Of a DNA stretch of 64,000 nt, positions 1 through 63,249 are shown one piece after another (within the stretch, counting starts at the first letter, position 1; each line of letters starts with the position of its first letter). The notes beneath the pieces were generated by a model. That model was not told where the DNA came from. It did not search any database and saw only the letters and a program-made list of their open reading frames with translations. Location: assembly GCF_001194135.2 (NCBI RefSeq), contig NC_068989.1, positions 41,615,586 to 41,679,585 of the forward strand, written 5' to 3'. The position numbers were made by a program, and so were the translations under genes. Origin of the DNA: Octopus bimaculoides. Lineage: Eukaryota.

Positions 1-99
1 CAGGTTGTTTCTGAATGGGCTTTGATCAGCCAAAACGATTGATAAATCTCTTAAAACTTATGGAGCTCTAAGCTCCAAAGTATTGTAACCATTAATAAT

Positions 100-1312
100 A
101 ATGATTTCAAATTTTAGCACAAGGCCAGCAATTTTGGGGGAGGAGTAAGTTGATTATGTCAACCCCTGTACTCAACTGGTACTTATTTTATCAACCTCAA
201 AAGGATGAAAGGTAAAACTGACTTAGGCAGAATTTGAACCCAGAACATAGAGATGAATGAAATGCTGCTAAGTATTTTACCCAGCATGCTAATGATTCTG
301 CCACCTTGCTACCTTAATCATAATGATAATAACAAATAAGACACAAATATTCAGTTTGTCCTGTCTACAGGGATTATGTAGAAGGATGGTTTATTAAAAT
401 ATGAACATTAGATTAAAATAGAACGACAAACTATCAGAACATCACAGATGTGTTTAATAGTCAGAAATTTAGAAGGCTTAAAGCAATGATTAATATCTGT
501 CTTCTGCTGACAGATTTACAAACTGAACTTGGCAATATTACATTACTTCTGTCTCGTGGTGGGTGGGAAAACAGGTAATAATAAGAAGAACAACAATAAG
601 AATAATGTAATAATAATAATAAAAATATCAATACTAACTGTAATTTCTTATGTAGAATTAAAATTTGAGATTTGTCATTCAAAGAATGGTTAGAAGAGAT
701 TTTGTGAAGCCAATGCCCTTTTCAATGGCATTTGTGTAACATAAGTGACAGTTTCTTTAAATGGGGAATCAAAATTCACTTGTTGACTCAATTGGCCAAA
801 AACTTATTGCCATACCAGACTTCACAATAATAATAATAATAAAAATAATAATGGTCTCTTAGGCAAGAGGCCAGAAATTTTAAGGAGATGGAGTTAGTCG
901 ATACCATCAACCCCAGTGCTTGACCGGTACTTTATTTTAGTGACCCCGGAGGGATGAAAGGCAAAGTTGACCCTGGTGAAATTTGAATCCAGAACATAAG
1001 AAGTTTGAAAAAAAATACCACAAGATATTTTAGCCAACTTTCTAATGATTCTGACAATCCACAGTTCTAATACTAATAGTAATGGTTTCTGATTTAGGCA
1101 CAGAGGCCAGTAATTTTGAGAGGAAGGGGCAAAGTCGATACCAATGACTCCCAGTACTTGACTGACTGGTACTTATTTTATCAATCTCTGGAGAGATGAA
1201 AGGCAAAGTTGACCTGGGTGGGGTTTGAACTCAGAACAACATAAAGAGCTGGAACAAATACAGCAAGGCATTTTGTCTGACGCTCTAACAATTCTGCCAA
1301 TCCACAACCCTT
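100..1312 (-). mobile_element. Three decayed copies of tRNA-derived SINE family A (about 100-312, 850-1062, 1083-1312)
   Basis: Each matches the reverse complement of the intact copy at 7105-7336 (..aaggatgaaaggcaaagttgacc..gaatttgaactcagaac..) and ends in an AAT tail. Confidence 0.8.
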
Positions 1313-1329
1313 ATTAAAATAATAATAAT

Positions 1330-1644
1330 AATAATACTTTTTACAAATAATAAATAATTATCGGTTTAAAAAGAAATAAAGAATACTGAAAGGAATTTGG
1401 GCGAGATAATAAATCTTTACCAATTTTTTTTTTCTTTTCTTTGCTGTTTCCTTAATTTAGTTTTCCAAATTGAATAAGTAAACAAAGAAAGAAATCTGGG
1501 GGTGGGTTGGGGGGAGAGGGAAGGTTAAGGAATGAAAAAGTAGAAAAAAATATAGATATATATATATTATATATAATATACTGGTGACAAAAGAAAGGAA
1601 GAAATGACAGCTGAATAACAATAATAATATTAATAATAAAAAAG

Positions 1645-1678
<34 letters not shown>

Positions 1679-4600
1679 CGCAAATACAAGCAACCACCCT
1701 GAATAGCCACTACAATATCATATGTGTTCATGGACAACCTAACAGAAGCTGGTTATGGGTATATATATATATTTTTTTTACAAATTATACATTAAGATTA
1801 GTGGAAAAAGAATGTCCATGATATATAAACCAAATTTCTGTAAGATGTACATCTATGTACATGCATTAAGTATATATATAAGCTTTACACCATGTATGTA
1901 CATATTTTAAGGTTATATGATATACATTATGTGTGTAGATGTATTAAAGTTTATACAAGATACACATCATGGGGTACCATAAAGTTATATATAAGAATCT
2001 TCTTCCCATTAGTGTTTATTTTAACTTAAGAGATAAATCCCAACATTAGATTAGTAGAAATTTTTTCAGTTGTTCAGTACTCAAAATACATAGAATAATT
2101 TTTTTCCCCAGTTTTTTAACTGCTTATATTTAAATATTAATTTTGCCATACCCACCCCTACCTCTAACCCAACCCGTTCCCTAATCCCTCTGGCTCAATT
2201 GAAACATTCTATTCCCCCATCCCAGAGTCTTGAATTAGGAATCAAACAAACAACTAGCATGGAATACAGACAATAAAAGAATCATAACAGCCAGAGCTGT
2301 ATGTAAATATATGTTGGGTGTTAAGGACTGAATGAAGTGGCCTTGCCAAACTAACAAAGGACTTACAATATTTAGAAGACAGATTAATTCTATGGACAGA
2401 CATAACAACATAATACTTGGTGAGACCAGTTGCCATGAAAATCTTTCCTCACTAACAATATCACACATACACACACACTATAAATGAGAAACATCTGATG
2501 TAGGCTGCTGTTTAATTTTTTTTTTAACCATAAGACAAATGGTGATGAATGCCTCATTGTTATGGCAGGCTATAGCAGAGGTTCGGGGCGGTGTTGTTCA
2601 GGATAAAATAAGATTTAATTTAAAAAAAAAAAAAGTAGGTTTGTCAACATGGGAATGAAAGATTTCCAAATTCAAGTTGTTTCACTGCTCATTTCATATT
2701 CAGATATTTAAAAAAAAAAAAAAAAGTAATCCAAAATCACATTGAAAATTGAAAAAGGAATAAAACCAGTAAAGACTACTGTTTTAGTCACCATGGTGGC
2801 TGTTAGTTTGTCATCTGTTTAAATTCTTTCATTAACAACAGTAACTTGTTTGGTTATCTTCATACTAGGCGGATTAATATGTGTGTATGTTTGTGCGTGC
2901 ACGCATGAGTGTGTAAGTTTCAAACCATCAGAGCAATATAATACATTTTACTTTATCTTGCTTTTTTGAAAAGAAAACATTAAATGAGAATATAATTTAT
3001 AATGAATGAATATGTAATTGATTTAAGGAAGGTAAAAAAAAAACAAACAAACAAAAAAATCCCATATCATTCACCTTTGTTTGTCACCAAGAAATATAAA
3101 TTGGGATGGGGGGACTAGACAAAGCACACAGCCTTAAAAAAAGTTGACTTTCAACCAAGTCAAAAGTTGGAAAGTGAGGGATGGATAAAGAAGAATAAGC
3201 ATATGTGGTGTTTGTAGGGGGTGAAAAATGTTGTATATACAATGACAAGAAGAGATATGGGTTGGGGAAGTGAAAGGAAATGGGAGGCAACAAGGGCCAA
3301 AAATTAAAAGATTTAAAATTAGAAAGAATTTCCATAGAAACTGATTAAACACCAGTTTTGTCAATGAAAGGAAAGAAGAAAAAAGTTTAAAGAAGACAAC
3401 TCTAAATCACTTTTTTTTATCTTTCTTTTTTTCTTTTTACATTTTTCGTTTTTTAAATCTTTTTTTTTTTTTTTTTTTTTTTTTTCATATATATATATAT
3501 ATATCACAGGGATTGCCTTTCTAGGTAGACTAGTATTGTTACGGTTGCAGACTTGCAAGGAAGCAATTTGACCAACTTCAACTAACACATTGCTGTGTCA
3601 AACATGTCTCTCAGTTAAGGTACTATCTCAAAGCAGCTACAATTTACACAACAGACACACACAGAGAGATGTCAAACATTTGATAAGTGTTAAAAGACAA
3701 TAAAAATACACTCGGTACCACGGTCCTAGGCTATGGAAATTTTAGAGAAAATATGCCAAGTTTTACTGTTTTATAAATATACCAGACACAGCATTTTCTA
3801 AGATGGAATTAAATATTTCTGTGTAGAAAAGAAAAGTAAAAAAAAAAACAACTATTTGATACAAGCGATGGCAGTTGTCATGAAATTCTTCATTCCAAAA
3901 ACTAGAATAGGTAATCTTTCTGCCAAACACGTTGTCCTACTAATCATAGGAAAGTTCTAGATCATTTCTGTTTTTTTACATCTCAGACAGAAATATTTCT
4001 GAGATTACTGACTGATGATAGACACTGAAATAATTGACCCAACAATGATAATTTCTCAACAAAAGCCCCGTGGGAAAAATATAAATTGAAAAATAAAAGA
4101 GACAACAGCACAAATTTCATTGACCAAAATAGTGAGTCAATGGCTGATGCAGAATAAAACCAGATATCTGGGCATAAGTTGAGTTAGTACTGAGATTAAT
4201 TAATATTATAATTCACTGTGGCTGTAGAATTTCATTAAGTTTGACAAGAAAGAAGAGGGGAAAGAAATTAGAAAAGAAAACAGTTTAAATGCACAATCTT
4301 AAACGTAAAATGTAACACAAATCGACAGAAATACTGACATGAAAGATTAGGGCAAGTTGGCGTTTCAAAACTGCACTCTGTACATCATGTATGTGTGGGA
4401 TCTATCGCTAGCAAAATATCACAACCACTTGACAGAATGGACAGACAACAGCTGAAGTTAACCAAATATGAAATGTTATGCTTGGTGGGGGTGGTGGTGA
4501 GTTGTTTTGGTGTTGCATGTAGGGGGAGATGTTAGAAAATAGTTGGTCAGAGAATAAAAAAAAAAAAGGAGGGAAATAAAAATAAATAATCACTGAATGA

Positions 4601-5209
4601 AACAAAATATGGTGGTATTGGAGAGGGTGTTAAAATTTTGAAAAAAAAAAAAAAATGTTAATGAGAACAACAAAAACAAAACATTATTTAGAGTCAGTGA
4701 AGAGAATAATTGGAAAAAAAATAATTTTAAATAGAACTCAAATACTGAAGATAATTTTAAAAAGTCAAAGTTGGTCTCATGAGAAATAATGTTGTTTTTT
4801 GTTTTTTTTTTCTTCAACATTCCTTTTATAATATTTTAGTGGAGTTGAAACACTATTCATTGTGGGTATTGTAATTTTCAATAAATTGTTTTTTTTTTTT
4901 TTTTTTTTGAGCTCTGTTTTTAGTGAGGAGTGGGAAATTTTTTAATCACATTTCTTGTTTAGGATGGGGTGAGGGTTTGGAAAATGTTATCATCAGTTCA
5001 TATAATTTATATATTTTTCTTCAATTCATATTTAAAGCTTTGTGGTTGTGTTAGTCTTTCTTCTTTTGAAATCGATTCTTGAGCTGAGAAAACTTTCTAA
5101 ATTACTATATACATCCCTTCAAACAACAGCATAATGCTATGATGGGAGCAAGTTTTCACTTACATGTGAACGGTGCAAGGGGAAGCAGCAGTGAATTAAT
5201 CCTTCATTC
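1330..5209 (-). other. Putative long 3' UTR of the MAST gene
   Basis: Follows the stop codon; U-rich on the sense strand; no recognisable SINE/MITE over about 3.9 kb, unlike the introns; one AATAAA candidate at 2015-2020. The true end is unknown. Confidence 0.5.
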
Positions 5210-54054
<48,845 letters not shown>

Positions 54055-55099
54055 CTGGAAAACAAAAGAAATACAAGACTGATGTTATATTAGCATTAGT
54101 AAAGGACATTGAAGTTAAAAACAGCAGCTGGAGCAACAAAAGATGCCTTCATTGTTGTTATTAATAATTGTCAATCTAGTTTGCTTTGGGATAATAGTTC
54201 ATCTTCAGCAAGGTTTTCTCTTTATTATAAAACAAACAACAAGCAAACAAAAATCCTTCTATGTGGCTTGCTTAGAATCCAAGGGTTCATGGGCTCTGTC
54301 ATGTCTTCTACTCACAAGTAAGATTCAAGAAGGAAGCAAATGAAATATCAGTCTTGATCAAATTAGGTTTGGACAAAACAATGGGAGAAAGCAAATTCGT
54401 TTCTCAGAACATAATGAGCTGAATAGAGACATCAAAGTCAGATTTTACAATATTTGCATTACATTGTGTACAAACACACAAACATATAAGGTGGCTTGTT
54501 GGCAGAGCTGTGAGAACATCATACAGATTAGTTGTAGTAAATGTTCTGGTTTTCTATACTCCGAGTTCAAATCATGCCAAAATCAACTTTGTCTTTTATC
54601 CTTTTGAGGTTGATAAATAAAAGTACCAGTCCTGACCTGCAATCAATTCTTTTTCTCACTCTCTTTCACTCTGTCTTTCTGACTTTCTCTCCTTTGGAAG
54701 AAATCAGCTGTGGTTAGACCTGAAGAAGGATAGACTCTGCCAGGTTTAAAAGATGCCCAAGACAAAGTAAGAATGCATGTGTGCGCACATGCATACATGT
54801 ACACACATGATGAACTCCTTACAGTTTCTGTCTACCAAATCCACTAACAAAGCGCCACATAGGAATGAAACCAAATCCACTTGGATGGGAAGCAAACTTC
54901 ATAATTATGCAGCCATGTCAGTGTCTAGCATGCATGCATTTACATATGTGGTTATATAAATGTAAATACATATTTCTATAATGCTACAAGCTATTAATGT
55001 CAGGGATTGAAATCCTAAAACAGTAGTAAAACAAGGGCATCCAGTAGATTTTCATATCAGAAAAGTGTAATTAATATGATAGATTGCCAAAGCCATGAG

Positions 55100-55450
55100 G
55101 CAAGAATATTTATAAGTGCTTGGTGTAGCATTTGAAGAGATCAAGTTAAACAGTGGAAGTTCAACCATCTGAAAATATATTTCTAAACATCTATCATTGG
55201 AAGATCAAGTATACATAAACAACAATGGATTAGGGTGTCATGTTGAGGAGCTTACAACATTGAAGGATGTTAAAAAAGACAATACAACTGATATCAGGAA
55301 GGCAGTTTCACAAATTTAGATTTGAATATTATTCCTAAGATCAATATGAAATGTGACACTATCCACAGTTATTTCTAATAACCTCAAAATTATAATTATT
55401 GAAAATGGTATGGTTGTATGGATATGAAGTGTGTTTTGAAATGATGGGGT
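55100..55450 (+). mobile_element. Decayed LINE RT C-terminal fragment
   Basis: Remnants resembling VEE.T.LG, DI.R..KA..F..L and LYGYE. Confidence 0.45.
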
Positions 55451-57570
55451 TTCAATTATTTTTCTTACTGCCTAACATCTCAGACAAGTGTTTTCTAATG
55501 TAGCTTTGGGCTGACCAATGCTGTGTGAGTAGCATTGGTATGTGGAAACAGTATGAAAGGTTGCTGTGTGTTTATATTTGTGTGTACCAGTGTAAATATT
55601 TACATTGTGTCTTTGCATGAAATCATTTGAGCAAATGTGTGACATTATGTCGGTATTCTCTGTTAACAACTCAGCCTATAGCTCAATGCATTCTAGGATG
55701 AATGAAATAAGAAGTTCCCAACATAAAATACAAGTAAAGTATAGCAACAAGAAGGCATCCTGCTGTAAAATAAAGTCTTACTAAAAAGTTTTCATCCAAC
55801 CCATGCTACCATGGGAAAAACAAGATGTAAAATAAACCAATGAAATACACTCCAAGTATCCCAAAATATATGTATTGTAGTTATTGAAAATATAATAATG
55901 TAGTTATTAAAGAATGCATATATTGTAGTTATTGAACTCACTGAATATATACTTTGAAAAAGAAGAGAAAACATACTTTCACACATATATTCAAACAAAC
56001 AATATATACAAATGTATATATGGAGACTGCAATATTGTGAATACTTTCCTATTTATTCTTCACTTTTATTGAACATAGCTTTCAGTTGTGAGTGAATACA
56101 TACATATTGCCTATCTATCCAAATAAGTGTGTGTGTGTGAGCATATGTGAGAGTTTATATTGCAAATACATCATTACATTTCTAAGAAATATAATGGAAG
56201 TTCAGTATAATAGAACTTCTCTATCCAGTAATGTTTGTGACGATAACAATTGCTGTTTCTCATACACTATGTTGGATGAGAATAACTACTGTTATTCTGT
56301 ATTCAGGTTTATTTTTCTGACTATTACAACTAATTCATTTGAAAAGCTATTTTGATAATCTAAATACACACACACACACAACCAAGATATCACACTTGAC
56401 TACCTAAACCTTCACCTGTGTTACAAACAGATTTTAGAAATGCAATGACAATTAATTTCCACTCAAAAGATTCCGTCTTTACACGAGAAACATTATTTAA
56501 CATTTATTCAGTTGTACCACCATGCTTGTATGGGTTGGGTGGAGAGGTATTTAAAGAAAGACTTTTATGGTAGGATACTTTTCCTGTCACCAACTTTCAC
56601 ATATTTTTCAAGTAAAGGGATGCCTTTATTCCATGGGTCTTTGAAAATGCACAGCAGCTGATCATTATGTCAATAAAGAATGTATACATCGTATCACTGT
56701 CTCATTTACATAATGACAAGCAAAGCCATGGAATGATAACATTTGTGTACACAAGAACACACACACACGAATATATGATGGGATTCCATAAAGTTTCTGT
56801 CCACCAATTCCATTCCCAAGGCATTAATTGGCCTGGAGCCATGGCAGAAGATACTAAATTAAGGTCTGCACAATGAGACTGTGCCTAAAACTACAAGGTT
56901 GCAAACCACACAGCCATGCCTGAACCTACAATCTAAAAATTGATTATGAAAATAATTATTTCCTCTCCTCTCCCACCATCACTGATACGCACAGTGAGTT
57001 AAACAGTGAAAGTTTAAAGCTGTTAATGCATCATCAATATGCAAAGGAATGTGTTGACAGGTGGTGAGTAATAGCTTAGAAAATGTGGTTGTCTGAGGAA
57101 AGGTTCTAAGATACTTGACTAATAAGAGGTCTGCTGATTGGTGACCAACTTCATTAATCTCAGGAATTAATAATGGGAAAACAGTCATTCAGAAAAACAA
57201 AAAAACAAAAACACAAAACCCTTTCTGTAATTCAGGAATGCTCAATTTATTGGAGTGAATCGCTTGACTAATGAGTATAGAGGTGGAGTGAAATATCTGC
57301 GGTTTAATAAAGCAAAATTAAGGAGAATATGAGATAAATGACAAATGAGTGTGCATGAGTGTGTGTGTGCGTAGTGCTCATATGTTTGTGTATATGGATG
57401 TGTGTGTGTGTGTGTGTGAGTATAAGAAAGCAGACGCTTGTGTAGGGCCAACTGATAGATGTTAGCTTTGGAAGGTTGAATGATACTTTACACACACACA
57501 CATCTAAATATATATGTTTTACTTGCTTCAGTCATTAGACTGTGACCATGCTGCCCTACTTTTCTCTCTC

Positions 57571-57641
<71 letters not shown>

Positions 57642-57779
57642 CCTGCCAGCCCAGGGAGTGGAGTGGGATCATTTGGAAGCTAAAAACAACATGATGTGAA
57701 TTGTAACTAGCAGTGCATAACAACATTCAATAGTTTGGTTAATACAGTGAGATATATATATGTATGTATTCTTCTATTC

Positions 57780-58052
57780 TTTTGTTTCAGTCATTTGACT
57801 GTGGCCATGCTGGAGCACTACCTTTAGTCGAACAGATCGACCCCAAGACTTATTCTTTGTAAGCCTACTACTTATTCTATCGGTCACTTTTGCCGAACTG
57901 CTCAGTTATGGGGACGTAAACACAAGCAATGTTGTGGGGCACAAACACATATAGTAGAAAATGCTTGCCCAAGGTGCCATGCAATGGAACTGAACCCGGA
58001 ACCATGTGGTTGGGGAGCAAGCTTCTTACCATACAGCCATGACTGCACCTAC
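57780..58052 (-). mobile_element. SINE family B copy
   Basis: Reverse complement of the 21730 and 35231 elements. Confidence 0.8.
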
Positions 58053-60074
58053 ATGTATAATATAATTCCATTAACATAAGGACAATATATTTAATTACTC
58101 ATTCTCCCAACCTTTGTTTATTTCGTTTCTGTCTCCTTACTGACCTACACAGTCAGGTGCATTTGAAGACATAACTCTCAGTACTCCAAATATGCATAAA
58201 CTCATCCTATCCTTCCCACTCCTTTGTTTCCTCAATACTACCACCTAGATCTCACATTTGATTGACCTTTGCATATTAAATTACCACAGACTTGTACACA
58301 CACACACACAATTACCTGATATACACTGGCCTACCTCTCCACAGATCAACAACTTCCAAACACATTTCTCAGTCCCAACAAAACCCGATGAATCTAGACG
58401 GAGCTCTGTTGTTCTCTAGATGAAACATCTTGTATGTTTTAAGTAAAGTTTAATGAAATAACACCCTGCCCTTTAACACGTTGAGTACCTTTTTTTCACT
58501 GGCTGACATTTTAGCACTATGACTAAGAATATTAACACTATTCTCTTCCTCTCTTGATCACACACACACACAAATATATGCATCATATATGCATAAATAT
58601 ATACAAATATATGCATATGCAAACATATATATATATATATATATATATATAAACATACAAATATATGCACATACACATATAAACATACATATATACATAT
58701 GAACATATATACATACACCTATATAAACATACATATATATATATGTATATACATGCATACAAACATATACATACTCTTTCCAAGCAATTCTGACTATCCC
58801 AATATCTATTTTCCCCTGTGTATGTCTGTATATGTAATGTCTATCCTTCACTGTGTTTGCGTGTATACACATATATAAACACACACACACACACACACAC
58901 ACAAGGCAGCCAATCAGTAGAGTCTTTACAGCATCAAATAGTATTTCTTTGAACTCTGTGCTCCATGTTCAAATCCTGCCATGGTCAACTTTGTCTTTTG
59001 TCCTATCAAGGCCTATAAATGAAGCACTAATCCCATACTGGGGTTGATTCTTCTCCTCTTATTCTTTTCTTTGTTTCTGTTAGTCTGTCTCTCTTTAGTA
59101 CGAATCCATTGTCGCCTGATTTGAGAGAGGCATGGCCTCTACAAGGGCAAGAAAAAAAAATGCCATAGACACTACATATTTCATAAAAACTGTTTCTAAG
59201 GCTCTGGGAAGAGTTGAGGACCCAATGCAAGGCAATCCATACAAAAAAATACATTGAGATGATCAGAGTTACTGGGAAAGAGCTCAAGTAATATTGACAG
59301 AGAAAATGAGGGAGAAAGAAAAACAAAAAAATTTCACATCTCCATTGCTTATATAGACACACACACACACACATGCTTGTGCACATGCACACACAAATAC
59401 ACGCAGCTGCTACAAATATCATTAAATTCATCTGAAGCTAAGATTACTCAAGATCATTTTGCCAAACAATGCAAGATTTACTTTATAATTATTCTAAATA
59501 ATCCTCTTGTGAAAGCAACAGATTTTTAAACCTCTGGCCATTGTTACTACTACTACTACCACTACCACCACCGCCGCCGCTGACACCACTAGCACGACTT
59601 ACACCCCACCACCATCATCCCAAATCGTCACTACTATCATTGTCAAGGCTGTCACTCACACCATCTCAGACAGCTAGCAAGGTGATGTGCTGTGACCCAC
59701 AACTGTGCAGATGATGCACTAGGATCAAACTGTAATGCTACATACAGTACAACACACACACACACACACACACTCATGCATGCACACCACCATATTTTCA
59801 ATATTAAACATATGTACAAATCAGGAGACAAACGCTTTATGTTCACCCTCAGCTGCTGGCATTCATCTGCTTGTTCTGTTACACTTTTTTTTCTTTCTGT
59901 TCCTCATATTTCCAGTGAAAACGAAACACTGAGTATACATGTGTGTGTGTGTGTGTATATATGAACAAATCTCTATAAACATGAATATATACAAATGTGT
60001 ATATGTATGTATATGCATGTATGTATGTATATATATATATATGTATATGCACAAATCTATATATACATGAATGT

Positions 60075-60236
60075 ATCATCATCATCATCATCATCATCAT
60101 CGTTTAACGTCCGCTTTCCATGCTAGCATGGGTTGGACGATTTGACTGAGGACTGGTGAAACCGGATGGCAACACTAGGCTCCAGTCTGATTTGGCAGAG
60201 TTTCTACAGCTGGATGCCCTTCCTAACGCCAACCCT
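60075..60236 (-). mobile_element. Well-preserved RTE-associated 3' tail with (GAT)n end
   Basis: tcatcatc..gtttaacgtccgctttccatgctagcatggg..ggatgcccttcctaacgccaacc; decayed relatives at about 22900, 41125, 43380, 56490. Confidence 0.7.
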
Positions 60237-60297
60237 ATATAAAATGTATATATGCATGTATATGTATGTATGTATATATTAATAAATATATATATGC

Positions 60298-60346
<49 letters not shown>

Positions 60347-60406
60347 TATCTATTTGTATATATATGTATATAAATACATACATACTTACATAAGTGTACA
60401 TATCTA

Positions 60407-60456
<50 letters not shown>

Positions 60457-61677
60457 CATATCTTAATTTACTAAGACAGGAATACCCAATAGCAAGGCTA
60501 AGTTGCTTAACCTAATGCCCAAATGCACTTTTGTTTTTTGAAGAATTCAATGCGTGGCTAAACCATGGTACCCTGCATAACACACAGAAACGCTGCAACG
60601 CCACAGCACTGCAGGAACTAACAAGATTTATTCAAGCTGCTTGTGTGTTAACATGTCTGGATGCTGGATGAATTAATTATAGGACAGTGAGAAAAGGTAT
60701 ATGAGATTACTTGAACTGCAAATCAATAATATTCCAGCATTCAGATCAGCTGGATATCGGGAAGATACTAATAAGGGAATATAAAATTATTTACGCCATG
60801 CACCGGTGCTCAAATGATATGAACGATTTAATATCAAGGAGATATTGATTAAGAAATAATAACATTAGCTCTTTTACACTGCAATGTTTATGATGTTTGC
60901 AAAACTCTTTATCAGAATAGCTATAGCTATTCTGCCACACCAGCCTTCACTGGTGCGGTCTCTGCTATTTATTTTGAAGTTGGGAAGTGTTTTGTCATGA
61001 CACTACCATAATGTAATAATATAAACAATGGCAATTCTAGGGGTTTGCCTAATAAGAGATATTATCAAGAGAAAAATACAATTATATGAGATATTATAAA
61101 ACCACCAAAATTCCAGGGAGAAAAGACAAACTGGTCAACTAATGGCATTTATCAGTTACAAACCTGATAATCTTGGTAATTAATTTTTTATTATTACATT
61201 AGTTTAATCATTATTAGAACAGCATTGAGAATGAGTGGATAGGGTGTGTGTGAGAGGGTGGAAAAGATATGTTGTTGCTTTGATGGAATCCTGCACCGGA
61301 TTTGAATTAGACAATACCAAAGAATTGGTGAAGCAAATATCAGCAGCGAGGTTTGTTGCATGGCATTCCTTTTGCCATGTGTCATCAGTAGCCTGTTTCT
61401 GAGTTGTCACCTTGCTTACCATTCTATCACACAGTTATTGGAACATGATGGTGCATACTGATGGGATAGTGGGGGGTTGGTGGGGTGGGACAGCGTGTAA
61501 GTGGAGAGGCGGGGAAAGGAAGAGGTGTAGAAGGTGTTGTGAGTCAGAGCATGTGTTTTGAGGGAAAAAATAGTGGAGTGTATATATATGTATATAGGAG
61601 AGAGGAAGAAAATAAAAAAGGCATAAGAAAAATAGATTGAGAAGAATATTAAATGAAATAGAATGTGTGTGTGTGTT

Positions 61678-61769
<92 letters not shown>

Positions 61770-61843
61770 NNNNNNNNNNNNNNNNNNNNNNNNNNNNNNN
61801 NNNNNNNNNNNNNNNNNNNNNNNNNNNNNNNNNNNNNNNNNNN
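61770..61843. other. Assembly gap (74 N) within a (GA)n microsatellite
   Basis: Direct. Confidence 1.
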
Positions 61844-61886
<43 letters not shown>

Positions 61887-62959
61887 AGTATGTATGGAAA
61901 GATATTATCAAAGTCAAATCATTGAAATTACTATAAATATTCAAGTAGGCAACAATAGCAAATTTATAAATATTGAGTACAGAAATATTCCTTTAACATA
62001 TTGATTATAGGAATATCAACTATAGAAAAACTCCTTTAATGAAGGAAAAGAAATAACAAAAATAGCTAATTTTTTTTTACATATTCACAAGGTTGTGGAG
62101 AGGCAGGAGAGGGAGACAAATAGAGAGAGAGAAAGATATATGTTGTGATGTTGGTAGTTTTTACAACAGTATTTATTACTAAATAACAGTGGCACTAAAA
62201 CAATATTCTAAAGAATGTAAGTTTGGTCAAAGAATATACCATGGTAAAACAGGAACAAAGTGTAAGATGTTTATACATCCTTTCACCTATGTTTATGCCA
62301 AATACACCTGATGCAGATCTTTGTTTAATTCAAATATTCAATTACTACAGTGAACTTATAAATTATCTTATGGAATCTGTTTTGCTTCTCTCTTGTTTTT
62401 GTCCTGAAACCTGAAGTCGTTAACATTATGTTGGTAAAACCATTTCATTTCTCTATTTTGTTTAGTCAGGAAGAACAGGCAGTGTCCATGATCTTCGCAT
62501 TCAATGAATGTTTCACCATTCTAAGTTGCTTACAGTTTTTAGCTCTGTTGTCTGAATGTAATTGCCAAACAAACACACCTAGCTACTTCAGTCCTATTGA
62601 ATGGAAGGGCAAGGGTGGGAGAGTGTTCTTCACCAACAATAAAACCATGGTATATTTGTTTTATATATTCTTAAAACCTTTGCTTCCTACACACACACAC
62701 ACACACGCATTCCACTTTCATCTGTTCACTGAAATCTGATGACAACCATCCATTCTGTAGATATTTAGCAGCTAAACAATCCTATCTATTCCACCAGTAT
62801 CACATATGCTTGCCCCACCTGCTCTATTGTAGGTTCAACATGTACCACCTTCAATGGAGCAGATAGAGCATACACATATGATGATAGTGGTGGCAGTAAT
62901 AAGTAACAATTGCGGTTGCATCTCCCCCAACATTCTGGTTGTTCTCTCCATCTCCTGTG

Positions 62960-63190
62960 GAGGTATGTGGCTTGGTGGTTAGGGTGCTGGACTCATGATC
63001 GTAAGATTGTGGTTTCAGTTCCTGGACTGAGCAACACGTGTTCTTGAGCAAAACACTTCATTTCACATTGCTCCAGTTTACTCAGATGGCAAAAATGAGT
63101 AATCCTGCGATGGACTGGCATCTTGTCCAGGTGGGGAATATACCATGAAACTGGGAAACTGGTCTTTATGAGCCAGTATGACTTGAGAAG
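62960..63190 (+). mobile_element. tRNA-derived SINE (family C; related copy at about 38280-38540)
   Basis: tggcttggtggttagggtgctggactcatgatc tRNA-like head; shared ..ctccagtt.actca.atggcaaaaatgagt.. Confidence 0.65.
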
Positions 63191-63249
63191 GTAACTTTAT
63201 CTTTTTTCTTCTCTATCTTCAGCAATACAACACTATCTTTACACAGCAG

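Noticed and set aside
4011-4035. Other CTGATGA...GAAA co-occurrences (about 4011, 36910, 50890, 61382, 62706)
   Set aside because: No credible helix II together with GAAA and helix I/III pairing; expected by chance in AT-rich DNA.
59100-59150. Good acceptor followed by ATG CCT CTC TCA AAT...TC|gtacta
   Set aside because: Weak donor, and phase 2 does not match the phase-1 exon at 54054.
61415-61560. Strong ATG|gtaagc donor as a first exon
   Set aside because: The phase-1 frame has stops and no compatible downstream acceptor was found.
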